Below, piece by piece: positions 11,820 to 22,807 of a stretch of DNA of 64,000 nt. A program made the position numbers and the translations under genes. Under the pieces are notes generated by a model. That model searched no databases, was not told where the DNA came from, and was given only the letters and a program-made list of their open reading frames with translations. The number at the start of each line of letters is the position of its first letter. The first letter of the stretch is position 1. This stretch comes from Mustelus asterias (Eukaryota). The stretch lies in assembly GCF_964213995.1 (NCBI RefSeq), contig NW_027590141.1, forward strand, positions 434,001 through 498,000. The letters are read 5' to 3'.

Positions 11820-13105
11820 AATGTGAACATGTGAATTAGGAGCAGGAGAAGGCCACTCGGCCCCTCGAGCCTGCTCCACTATTCAATAGGATCCTGGCTG
11901 ATCTGATTGTGGTCTGAACTCCACTTTCCTTCTTACCCCTCGTACCCTTTGGCTCTCTTGTCAATCAAGAATCTATTAAATTCAGACTTCAGAATATTCA
12001 GTGAGCCAGCCTCCACCACTCTCTGTGGAAGAGAATTCCACACTGTAACAACCCTCTGAGAGAAAAGGTTTCTCCTCATCCCAGTCTTAAATGGGAGACC
12101 CCTTATTTTTAAACTGTGCCTCCAGTTCTCCTCTCTCTACAATCAACATCCACTCTGTCAGGTCCCCTCTGAATTTTATATGTTTCAATCAGATCCTCTC
12201 TCATTCTTCTAAACCCCAATAGATACAGGCCGAACATGTCCAACTTTTCCTTGTATGATAACTCCCTCATCCCACGAATCAGTCAAGTAAACCTTCTCTG
12301 AACTACTTCTCACACAAGTCCTCTCTTACGTAAGGAGACCAAAACTATACACAGTACTCTTGATGTGGTCTCACCAATACCCTGAACAAATGCAGCAAAA
12401 CATCCCTGCAATAAACAATAATTCATTTACCTTTCTAATCATTTGCTGTGTCCACACACTAACGTTTCCTGATTACAGTATCAGGACACCCAGATCCCTC
12501 TGTACCTGCAATCGCTCTCTTTAAATAATCAACTGCTTTTCCATCCTTCCTGTCCAAATGGACAAGTTCACATTATCCAAAAATCTTGTTCCAGCTGCCA
12601 ACTTCTAACCCACTCATTCACTATGTCGCTTTGCAGGCTTGTTATGGTCATTCACATCTCATTTTTCTACCTACCTTTGTGTTATCAGCAAATTTTGATC
12701 CTGTCATCCACGTCATGAAAATAGTTTGTCAATAGTTGAGGCCCCAGCACTGATCCCTGTGGCACTCCACAAGCTACATCTTGCCATCCCAAAAATTACT
12801 CCTTTCTCCCTCCTCTCTGTTTCCCATTAGCTAATCAATCCTCTATCCATGCTAATACAAAGAACCGATGTGGATGGGATGCTAATATGCCTTATGCTAC
12901 GAATTCTTATTTAGTGTGGTAAACTTTGATGTGTCAAATGCCTGCTGGGAATCTAAATACACCACATCCACAGGTTCCACTTTATCCACATTGCTTGTAA
13001 CTTCCTCAAAGAAATCCAATAAATCAATTAAAGGTGATTTCCCTTGCACAAAACCATGTTGACTCTGCCTGATTGTACAGAGATTATCTTTGTGTTCCAC
13101 CCTCC
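11820..13105 (-). mobile_element. Degraded CR1 LINE (RT to 3' end)
   Basis: QHGFVQGKSPLIDLLDFFEEVT..VDVVYLD; VPQGSVLGP remnant; CR1 3' UTR at left. Confidence 0.8.
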
Positions 13106-13135
13106 CAGCCTCCTTAATAACAGAATGAACATGAT

Positions 13136-14446
13136 TCAGTCCTGCATGGGGTTAGCAGCAACAGCAGAATCCAATCCCTGCAGTGACTTGTGAACTTGCT
13201 GGTGTCTCAGCAGATTGGCTGACCGAGCAAATCTCTTCCCACATACGGAGCAGGTGAACGATCTCTCTCCTGTGTGAACCTGCTGGTGTCTCAGCAGGTG
13301 GGATGACTGAGTGAACCTTTTCCCACACATGGAGCAGGTGAATGATCTCTCCCCAGTGTGAATTTGCTGGTGTCTCAGCAGGTCCTTCGTGCTTTTAAAA
13401 CTTTTCTCACAGTCAGAACACTTAAAAGGTCTCTGATCAGTGTGGACCAGTTGATGTGCAATGAGCTGGGGTGGCTGAGTGAATCGTTTCCCACATGTGG
13501 AGCAAGCGAAGGGTTTCTCCCCAGTGTGAATTCGCTCGTGTATCAGAAGGTGGGGCGAATCAGTGAATCCCTTCCCACACACACAGCAAATGAATGTCTT
13601 CTCCCCGGTGTGAACTCGCTGGTGTCTCAGACAGTGGGATGAATGGGTGAATCCCATCCCACACACCGAGCAGGCGAACGGTTTCTCCCCAGTGTGAACT
13701 CGCTGGTGTGTCACCAAATCCTGTTTACTTTTAAAGCTCTTCTCACAGTCAGAACACTGAAATGGTCTCTTATCAGAGTGAACTCGCTGGTGTGTTTGCA
13801 GCTGGGATAAACGTCCGAATCTCCTCTCACACACGGAGCAGGTGAATGGCTTCTCCCCAGTGTGAGTGCGCTGATGGACTTGTAAATCATATTTACTTTT
13901 AAATCTCTTCTCACAGTCAGAACATTGAAATGGTCTCTGATCAGTGTGAACAAGTTGGTGTGTCAGAAGGTGGGATGACTGAGTGAATCCCTTCCCACAC
14001 ACTGAGCAGGTGAACGGTCTCACCGCCATGTGAGTGCGCTGGTGTCTCAGGAGGTCCTTTGTGCTTTTAAAGCTTTTCTCACAATCAGAACACTGAAACA
14101 GTCTCTGATCGGAGTGAACCTGCCGGTGAATCAGGAGGCTTGATAAAGCATGACATCCCCTCCCACATTCGAGGCAGGTGAATGGCCTCTCACCAGTGTG
14201 AACACGCCGGTGTGTATACAGGCTGGATGAGTAAGCAAATCCTTTCCCACACTCAGAGCAGGTGAACGGCCTCTCTCCAGTGTGAATGCGACGATGAATA
14301 TCCAATTCGGACGGGTAATTGAATCCCCTCCCACAGTCCCCACATTTCAATGGTTTCTCTGTGGAGCGGGTGTCCTCATGTGACTCCAGGTTGGATGATG
14401 AGTTGAAGCCACGTTTACACAGAATATGTGTCGGGTCACTACTCAC
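13136..14446 (-). CDS. C2H2 zinc-finger protein, 14 fingers, start uncertain (ZNF-B)
   Basis: 436-codon open frame; first in-frame ATG only at 14029; acceptor ttttgcag|G at 14710. Confidence 0.8.
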   Translation of the reverse strand: MSSDPTHILCKRGFNSSSNLESHEDTRSTEKPLKCGDCGRGFNYPSELDIHRRIHTGERPFTCSECGKGFAYSSSLYTHRRVHTGERPFTCLECGRGCHALSSLLIHRQVHSDQRLFQCSDCEKSFKSTKDLLRHQRTHMAVRPFTCSVCGKGFTQSSHLLTHQLVHTDQRPFQCSDCEKRFKSKYDLQVHQRTHTGEKPFTCSVCERRFGRLSQLQTHQRVHSDKRPFQCSDCEKSFKSKQDLVTHQRVHTGEKPFACSVCGMGFTHSSHCLRHQRVHTGEKTFICCVCGKGFTDSPHLLIHERIHTGEKPFACSTCGKRFTQPPQLIAHQLVHTDQRPFKCSDCEKSFKSTKDLLRHQQIHTGERSFTCSMCGKRFTQSSHLLRHQQVHTGERSFTCSVCGKRFARSANLLRHQQVHKSLQGLDSAVAANPMQD

Positions 14447-14930
14447 TGAGAATGATGTGATTATTTTTCAGACTTGTTAAACCACTTTCCACATTCAGCA
14501 CATTGGAAACTCACAGGTGTGTGTGTGTGTCTAGGTGCTTTTTCAGTCACACTGATGTTTGAAATCTTTGCCCGCAGACAGAATAAACATTTCTCCTTCT
14601 GGAGACAAAGGCTGACGATATTCAGTTTCTGATTAATCAAATCACTGAAACAGATCTTGATGTGAAGTTTGGTTTGAGTTTCATATCTGTAAATCTTGCT
14701 TCATAATATCCTGCAAAAACAATTTATAAATACCATCACTGTCAGTGCAGGATAGAAATTCTGAAATTTCTCTGCAACATATTTTCCTCTCTTGTTCCCC
14801 AAATCTATAAATCCCCGTCCCACACACTCTACCTCCTCCCTGGGCTGAAATCCAAACCCATCTCAACATCTCCACCATTTATTTCCTCCACTCCATTTTC
14901 TCCCTCCCTCTCCTCTGTCTGGGTTCAGTT

Positions 14931-15217
14931 ATTGATGTGGAAATCTCACTAACTGTCCTGGCTGGAGACAATTCACATCTCTTTAACCTGTGCTTAACCC
15001 TCTCTCCACTCACATTGTCTGTACCTTTAACAATTGATTACCTGTAAAGACTCGCATTCCAACCATTATCTTGTAAATTGAGTTTGTGTCAATATATATG
15101 CCCCGTTTATGAACACAAGTCCTACTCACCTGACGAAGGAGCAGTGATCCGAAAGCGAGTGGCTTTTGCTACCAAATAAACCTGTTGGACTTTCACCTGG
15201 TGTTGTGAGACTTCTTA
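14931..15217 (+). mobile_element. Solo Penelope pLTR with hammerhead motif (15127-15160)
   Basis: Homologous to 10842-11111; cac CTGACGA a ggagc..gatcc GAAA; TSD ctgggttcagtt 14919-14930 / 15218-15229. Confidence 0.85.
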
Positions 15218-15449
15218 CTGGGTTCAGTTCTCCAGCTCCTGTCTGCAGACTGACAATAAAACCAATGGGTCTTATTGGGGGTGTTGGGGCCTCCAGCGGG
15301 TGTTTGTGAATCCTCCCCGCCCACCTCCCAGGGTTTCCTTCCTTCCCAGGGATCAGAGTCCTCATTGATTTGAGGCCAAAGTGTAACCTCTTATTTATTG
15401 TCCCCCTCCCCCAACCTCTGATGTGAACCATCCTCCAGTGGCTGAGCCA

Positions 15450-15576
15450 TAAGACCATAAGACATAGGAGCGGAAGTAAGGCCATTCGGCCCATCGAGTC
15501 CACTCCACCATTCAATCATGGTTGATTTCAACTCCATTTACCCGCTCTCTCCCCATAGCCCTTAATTCCTCGAGAA
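15450..15576 (-). mobile_element. Short CR1 3'-end insertion
   Basis: Absent from the paralogous 63700 region; TSD agcca; tail taagaccataagacata. Confidence 0.8.
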
Positions 15577-15579
15577 AGC

Positions 15580-16180
15580 CAGGATGGGGCCGTTAACCTG
15601 GGCCTGTTCCCGGGAGGGAGGGAGGGAGAAGCCCCGCAGCTGCAAACCAGGGAGCTGACAATGATTCTGAAGGGTTTGCGGATCCACAAAGTGTTTCCAA
15701 ATCCTCCCAGCCACCGCCTAACGCTGACTCCGCTTCTCCGGGACAAACAAGCGCCAAGGACAGCAATGACACTGCGCATGCTCCACATCACAATGCCCGG
15801 GGACTGATTGACGGCAGCTCGGACCAATAGGAAGAGGGGGCGGGGCTGGAGGACCGAGCGGGAGCGGCTGGTCCTCCAACCAATCGGAGTGAATGAGGGG
15901 CGGGACCTGAAGCATGCGCAGTGCGGGTAATGGCGACGGACGGACGCTTTTAACCTGGAAGCGAGATCAATACGAGGTAGAGGGCGGCGTGCGGGGAATG
16001 ATAAATGTGGCGGGTGGGTGGAGAGACTTTGTAAACATGTTGTTCAAACCCAAACCCCGGAAATGAACTTCCCGGTCCCCCCCTTTGGACCAAATGGAGC
16101 GGCAGCTTGTAGTGTTAGACCCGGGCTGACTGCCGCCATTGAGGCTGCATGTGGGAGGCCAGCAGGGATTGTGATCGGAG
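15580..16180. promoter_or_regulatory. Putative bidirectional ZNF promoter / CpG island
   Basis: Inverted NRF1-like sites ACTGCGCATGCT (15771) and AGCATGCGCAGT (15911) flank two CCAAT and two GC boxes; lies between divergent ZNF units. Confidence 0.75.
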
Positions 16181-16190
16181 AGTGAAGCCC

Positions 16191-16520
16191 TGACGTCACA
16201 ATGGAATGGGTGAGGGTGTGACATCACAATGGAATGGGTGAGAGTGTGACGTCACAATGGAACGGGTGAGAGTGTGACGTCACAATGGAATGGGTGAGGG
16301 TGTGACGTCACAATGGAATGGGTGAGGGTGTGACGTCACAATGGAATGGGTGAGACTGTGACGTCGCAATGGAATGGGTGAGGGTGTGAGGTCACAATGG
16401 AATGGGTGAGAGTGACGTTACAATGGAATGGGTGAGAGTGTGACATCACAATGGAATTGGTCGGAGTGTGACATCACAATGGAATGGGTGAGAGTGTGAC
16501 GTCACAATGGAATGGGTGAG
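16191..16520. repeat. 28-bp minisatellite, 12 units (TGACGTCACAATGGAATGGGTGAGAGTG)
   Basis: Units start at 16191, 16219, 16247, 16275, 16303, 16331, 16359, 16387, 16413, 16441, 16469, 16497. Confidence 0.97.
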
Positions 16521-16579
16521 GATTCCAGATGAGCTGACACAGGGCTGGAGTTGGGCGATGGCACTGACATGTGGCCCGG

Positions 16580-16870
16580 AGGCACAGTGGTTAGCGCAGC
16601 TGCCTAACAGCGCCAGGGATCCGGGTTCAATTCCAGCCTCGGGTCGCTGTCTGTGCAGAGTTTCTACATTCTCCCCGTGTCTGTGTGGGTTTCCTCCGGG
16701 TGTTCCGGTTTCCTTCCACAGTCCAAAGATGTGCCGGTTAGATGGATTGGCCACGATAAATTGTCACTTGGTATCAGGGGGATTAACAGGTAAATATGTG
16801 GATAGGGCCTGGATGGGATTGTTGTCGGTGCAGGCTCGATGGGCTTAATGGCCTCCTTCTACATTGTATT
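16580..16870 (+). mobile_element. HE1-type V-SINE
   Basis: tRNA head, V core, CR1-like tail. Confidence 0.85.
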
Positions 16871-17059
16871 TTATTATTCATTATTATTAATTAATTACTA
16901 TTCTGATTTACAGCTGTTTCTGAATTTTAACTGTATCCTCTATTGTGAACACCAAAGCAAAATACTTGTTCAATTCATCTCCCAGCTCCTTATTTTTCAT
17001 TATCAATTCCTGGACTCACTTTCTATTAGACAGTTAAGAAATGAGGTGGAGCAAGTGAC

Positions 17060-17750
17060 TGAAGTGTCAGTCAGGGAGCACTATTGGGAGCACCAATAGT
17101 TTCAAAATAGTTCTGGAAAAAGATAGGACAGGTCCACAGGTCAAGGCCCTAAACTGGAGCAGGGCCACTTTTGTGGGCAATGGGCAGGATCTAGCAGATG
17201 TCGATTAGGTGAATTTGTTTGAAGGGAAAGGAATGACTGGCAAAGGGGAGGTTTTAAAAGTGTGATATCAAGAGTCCAGGGGCAGTGTATTCCTGTTAAG
17301 ATGAAGGGAAAGAATGGTAAATTTAGGGATCTCTGGCAGACAAGGGACATTGAGGCTCTGGTCAGGTAAAAGAAGGAAGCATACATTGGGTTTAGGCAAT
17401 CGGGGACAAGTGAATCACTCTGATTATAAAAAGTGTAAGAAAATACTGAAGAGGGAAATCAGGGGGACAAAAAGAGGTTATGATATGGATCTGGCAGGTA
17501 AGATTAAAGAAAATTCCAAGAGGTTCTATCGCTATATTAAGAGTAAAAGGGTGGCTAGAGAGCGAATAGATCCCCTTAAAAATCAGTATGGCCATCTGTG
17601 TGTGGAGCCACAGGAGATGGGTGAGATTTTTAATGAATACTTCTCCTCTGTGTTTACTGCGGAGAGCACCATGGGTGCTAAAGAAATAAGGGAAACAAGT
17701 GGTGATGTCTTGGGCACACGCATGTTACTTGGGAGGAGGTATCGGCAGCC
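17060..17750 (+). mobile_element. CR1 ORF2 central fragment
   Basis: KREIR..KR..LAGKIKENSKRFYRYIKSKR..MGEIFNEYFSSVFT. Confidence 0.85.
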
Positions 17751-17754
17751 TTAT

Positions 17755-17940
17755 AAAAGCAAATTACTGCGGATGCTGGAATCTGAAACCAAGAGAGAAA
17801 ATGCTGGAAAATGTCAGCAGGTCTGGCAGCATTTGTAAGGAGAGAAAAGAGCTGATGTTTCTTGTCTCGATGACCCTTTGTCAAAGCTCTGGAACATCAG
17901 TTCTTTTCTCTCCATACAGATGCTGCCACACCTGCTGAGA
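17755..17940. mobile_element. Second Penelope family: pLTR fold-back remnant
   Basis: About 46-bp inverted repeat (17814-17859 / 17893-17938) around a degenerate hammerhead on minus strand. Confidence 0.65.
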
Positions 17941-18478
17941 ATGGGGAGAGAGTGTGTGGAATGGAGATTTACAGCTTTTGGGGAATGAGAGAGGAAAGAA
18001 TGTTCCATAGAAATTGTCTGTTCTGAATTTCTATCCTGTACTGACACTGATGACTTTTGGAAACTCATTTTACAGGATATTGAAAGAGGAACCACAGGCC
18101 GAAATCTCAAACGTCACGTCTCGATCAGACAGAGTCATATTCCTTGGGACCTCAATATCATTGGACTTTGAATCCAGAAGGAGAAGTGATTGTCCAGTCT
18201 GTCAATTTGAAAAGATTTGAAAGGTCAGTGTGAGTGAAAAAGCATCGACACACTGCCACACTCGAGTGAGTGTGTTCCAATGCACTGACTAAAGAACTTT
18301 AACCAGTTACACAGTCTGAATAAATATCACACCATTCACAGCGGGGAGAGACTGTAATCTTGTTCTGTGTGTGGACGAAGTTTCAACTAATTGTCCACCC
18401 AAGAGAGAGGTAAGGACACCTGCACCATGGAGAAACCATGGAAATGTGTGGACTGTAGGAAGAGATACAGATACCCGG
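17940..18478 (+). pseudogene. Truncated ZNF unit (acceptor 18076, leader, first half finger)
   Basis: Direct paralog of 19215-19295 + 20294-20740; stops after MEKPWKCVDCRKRYRYP. Confidence 0.8.
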
Positions 18479-18499
18479 TTGTGAACGTGCCCTAGTCAT

Positions 18500-18720
18500 T
18501 CTACAGGAGCCTATTGCGCAGGCGCAGTGCTGTATCTGGAGCATGCGCAGTGTCACTTTGCTCGGAGTCCTGTGAATGGGGGAGACGCTTTTTTCAGTGG
18601 GTGAGTCGGTGGGGCTGCGGGAGAAATGGAGCCGGGAGTCGGGGTAGGGAGGGAGCTCTGGCTTCACAAACACCCGCTGTCGGCCGCACAGCCCGAATAG
18701 ACCCTGCAGGTCCAGACATC
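18500..18720 (+). promoter_or_regulatory. CpG-rich promoter / exon 1 candidate for ZNF-C
   Basis: TGCGCAGGCGCA and GCATGCGCA NRF1-like sites; donor GG|GTGAGT at 18601. Confidence 0.55.
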
Positions 18721-19295
18721 TCTTCTCTCAGAGGATTTCTCTTCCACAGGGACCAGTGGAAGCTGAGGATCATTGAATATATTCCAGTTCAACAGATCTT
18801 TGACTGACAAGGGTGTCAAGGATTATGGGGAACAGACAAGAAGATGGAGCAAAAGCTAAGATGTGGGGGGATTTCTTCACTCAAGGATGTGGTAAAGCTT
18901 TGGAATTCTCAATCCCTGAGGACAGTGAAGCCTCAGTCATCAACTATTTTCAAGAGAGAGATTGATTGGTTTCTAGATATTGAAGATATCAAGGGATATG
19001 GGTTGAGTGTGGGGAGAATGATGCTGAGGTAGATGAACGAATTATCTCATTGAATAGTTTAAAAGACTCGATGGGCCAAATGGCCGACTGCAGCTCCTAT
19101 TTGTTATGGTCCCTGTGTCCAGGATAGGAAGCAGTGAGCATGGATCTGTCAATCAGCCTCAATCAGCACCTTCAGGAGAATTGGGAGGGTGAATATTAGA
19201 TACAGCAGAGTGAGAATGGAGGGAGAGTGTGTGGGATGGAGATTTACAGCTTTTGGGGACTGAAATAGGAAAGAATGTTCCATAGAAACTAGAAC

Positions 19296-20286
19296 CATAG
19301 AACCATAGAAAATTACAGCTCAGAAACAGGCCTTTTGGCCCTTCTTGTCTGTGCCGAACCATTTTATGCCTAGTCCCACTGATCTGCACTTGGACCATAT
19401 CCCTCCACACCCCTCTCATCCATGAACCCGTCCAAGTTTTTCTTAAATGTTAAAAGCATTTAACTATTTTATTTGGCAGCTCATTCCACACTCCCACCAC
19501 TCTCTGCGTGAAGAAGCCCCCCCTAATATTCCCTTTAAACTTTTCTCCTTTCACCCTTAACCCATGCCCTCTGGTTTTTTTCTCCCCGAGCCTCAGCGGA
19601 AAAAGCCTGCTTGCATTCACTCTATCTCCCCATCAACGCTCCAGGGAATAAAGTCGCAACCTATTCAATCTCTCTCTGTAACTCAGCTTCTCAAGTCCCA
19701 GCAACATCCTTGTGAACCTTCTCTGCACTCTTTCAACCTTATTAACATCCTTCCTGTAACTAGGTGAGCAAAACTGTACACAATACTCCAGATTCGGCCT
19801 CACCAATGCCTTATATAACCTTACCATAACGCTCCAACTTTTATACTCGATACTCCGATTTATGAAGGCCAATGTACCAAAGACACTCTTTACGACCCTA
19901 TCCACCTGTGACATCACTTTTAGGGAATTCTGTACCTGTATTCCCAGATCCCTCTGTTCAACTGCACTCTTCAGAGTCCTACCATTTACCCTGTACGTTC
20001 TTCTTTGGTTTGTCCTTCCAAAGTGCAATATCTCACACTTGTCTGCATTAAATTCCATTTGCCATTTTTCAGCCCATTTTTCAAGTTGGTCCAAATCCCT
20101 CTGCAAGCTTTGAAAACCTTCCTCACTGTCCACTACACCTCCAATCTTTGTATCATCAGCAAACTTGCTGATCCAATTTACCACATTATCATCCAGATCA
20201 TTGATATAGATGACAAACAACAATGGACCCAACACCGATCCCTGCGGCACACCACTAGTCACAGGCCTCCACTCAGAGAAGCAATC
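19296..20286 (-). mobile_element. CR1 LINE, 5' truncated, intronic
   Basis: SGVPQGSVLGPLLFVIYINDLD..KFADDTK ORF; TSD ctagaac 19289-19295 / 20287-20293. Confidence 0.92.
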
Positions 20287-20689
20287 CTAGAACTGTCTGT
20301 TCTGAATTTCTATCCTGTACTGACACTGATGACTTTTGTAAACCCATTTTACAGGATATTGAAAGAGGAATCACAGGCCGAAATCTCAAACGTCACGTCT
20401 AGATCTGACAGAGTCATATTCCTTGGGAGCTGAATATCATCGGACTTTGAATCCAGAAGCAGAAATGATTTGAAAAGATTTCAAACATCAGTATGACTGG
20501 AAAAGTACCAACACACTGCCACACTCGAGTGAGAGTCTACCAGTGCACGGACTAAAGAGTTTCAACCAGTTCCACAGCCTGAATAAATATCACATCATTC
20601 ACAGCGGGGAGAGACTGTACCTGTGTTGTGAGCGTGGACGAGGCTTCAACTGATTGTCCACCCAAGAAAGAGGCAAGGACACCTGCACC

Positions 20690-21364
20690 ATGGAGAAACC
20701 ATGGGAATGTGGGGACTGTGGGAAGAGATACAGTTACCCATCAGAGCTGGAAGCTCATCGGCGCAGCCACACTGGGGAGAGGCCATTCATCTGCTCGCAG
20801 TGTGGGAAGGGATTCATTCAGTCATCCAGCCTGCAGAGACACCAGCAAATTCACACTGGAGAGAGACTGTTCATCTGCTCTCAGTGTGGAAAGGGATTCA
20901 CTCGGTCATCCCACCTGCAGATACACCAGCGAGTTCACACTGGAGAGAGACCGTTCACCTGCTCTCAGTGTGGGAAGGGATTCACTCAGTTATCCAGCCT
21001 GCAGACACACCAGCGAGTTCACACTGGGGAGAAGCCATTCACCTGCTCTCAGTGTGGGGAGGGATTCACTTGTTCATCTAACCTGCAGGTGCACCAGCGA
21101 GTTCACACTGGGGAGAGGCCATTCACCTGCTCTCAGTGTGAGAAGGGATTCATTTGTTTATCCCGCCTGCGGAGGCACCAGCGAGTTCACACTGGGGAGA
21201 AACCATTCACCTGCTCTCAGTGTGGGAAGGGATTCACTGACTCATCCAGCCTGCGGATACACCAGCGAGTTCACACTGGGGAGAGGCCATTCACCTGCTC
21301 TCAGTGTGGGAAGGGATTCAGAGTTTCATCCCAGCTGCTGAGACACCAACAATTTCACGAGTGA
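20690..21364 (+). CDS. C2H2 zinc-finger protein, 8 fingers (ZNF-C)
   Basis: gcaccATGG Kozak start; homogeneous 84-bp finger repeats; acceptor ttttacag|G at 20355. Confidence 0.88.
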   Translation: MEKPWECGDCGKRYSYPSELEAHRRSHTGERPFICSQCGKGFIQSSSLQRHQQIHTGERLFICSQCGKGFTRSSHLQIHQRVHTGERPFTCSQCGKGFTQLSSLQTHQRVHTGEKPFTCSQCGEGFTCSSNLQVHQRVHTGERPFTCSQCEKGFICLSRLRRHQRVHTGEKPFTCSQCGKGFTDSSSLRIHQRVHTGERPFTCSQCGKGFRVSSQLLRHQQFHE

Positions 21365-21594
21365 TTCCAGAGGTTGGATTCTGCTGTTATTGTTTCTGCT
21401 CTCAATTACATCCAGGACTGCATTTTGTTCATTCTCACAGTTGGTCAATGGGGAGGGTCGGGGGGTTTCTTTCTGCTGGACTGGCCGGTCTCACGACTTT
21501 GCCTCCAGTGGGCTGATTCTCTTTGAGTCTTGTTGCGAATACCTGGTTTCAGATTTCACAAGGATCACAGAGTGACAGGATGTTAGGAGGTTAT

Positions 21595-22210
21595 AGAGGT
21601 TTAGAACATGGAAACAGGCCCTTCGGCCCAACTTGTCCATGCTGCTCAGTTTTTACCACTAAGCTAGTCCCAAAAGGGGTGGCACAGTTGTTAGCACTGT
21701 TCCTTCACAGCTCCAGGGACCTGGGTTCAATTCCCGGCTTGGGTCACTGTCTGTGTGGAGTTTGCACATTCTCCTCGTGTCTGCGTGGGTTTCCTCCGGG
21801 TGCTCCGGTTTCCTCCCACAGTCCAAAGATGTGCGGGTTCGGTTGATTGGCCATGCTAAAAATTGCCCTTAGTGTCCTGAGATGCGTAGGTTAGAAGGAT
21901 TAGTGGGTAAATATGTAGGGATATGGGGGTAGGGCCTGGGTGGGATTGTGGTCGGTGCAGACTCGATGGGCCGAATGGCCTCTTTCTGTACTGTAGGGTT
22001 TCTATGTTTCTAGGTTAATTGCCCGTATTTTGCCCATATCCCTCTGTACCCATCTTACCCATGTAACTGTCTAAATGTTTTTGAAAAGACAGTATTGTAC
22101 CCGCCTCTACTACTGCCTCTGGCAACTCGTTCCAGAAACTCACCACCATCTGAGTGAAAAACTGCCCCTCTGGACCCTTTTGTATCTCTCCCCTCTCACT
22201 TTAAACCTAA
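21595..22210 (-). mobile_element. CR1 3' end interrupted by HE1-type SINE (21677-22012, +)
   Basis: Matches the 22808 CR1 tail on both sides of a full tRNA-V SINE. Confidence 0.8.
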
Positions 22211-22246
22211 AACTAAGAACAAGGAATGTATCGATAAAATGATTAG

Positions 22247-22420
22247 AGAACAGAGCCAACGTTTCGAGTCTGGATGACACTTCATAAGAGCTGTTATGAA
22301 GGGTCATCCAGTATCAAAACATTGGCTCTATTCTCTCTCCACAGATGCCGTCAGACCCGCTGAGATTTTCCAGCATTTTCTGTTTTTGTTTCAGATTCCA
22401 GCATCCGCAGTATTTTACTC
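22247..22420. mobile_element. Second Penelope family: inverted pLTR pair with degenerate hammerheads
   Basis: agagccaacgtttcgagtctggatgacacttcataa versus ttatgaagggtcatccagtatcaaaacattggctct. Confidence 0.65.
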
Positions 22421-22807
22421 TTCTGATAAAATGATTAGTTCTGATTGGAATCCCCACGACCCTCCCGCAAGACAGGGGGAGTGATGGCAAAGGGAGAAAA
22501 TGGATAAGGATGATAAAGACTGCGTTCTGATTCTCGGTGCCCATGTAGTTTTAACAAAACGAGTGAACCAGTTTATAAAGAACAGAAGTTACCCATCGCG
22601 AACAAAAACTGATCAAATTAAAATAATTAGGTCGAGGAAGAGAATAAAAGAATTAATAGATGAAGTTTAAAATCAACTTTGTTTTGCTGTTAGAGAAGTT
22701 TTTTAAAATTATGAAAAGTGATGTAACTGTGTACCAAGTGTTTTCTGTTCACTCCCCGCTTTAGGTCCTGTAGAAAAGTTAACCCTTTCAGCAGACAGTT
22801 GATTTCG

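Noticed and set aside
16191-16520. CRISPR-like array
   Set aside because: Head-to-tail units without unique spacers, no cas genes, vertebrate context
20628-21341. 237-aa alternative-frame ORF over ZNF-C, and similar ones over other arrays
   Set aside because: Expected by-product of repeated ZNF codons; no ATG start and no independent coding evidence
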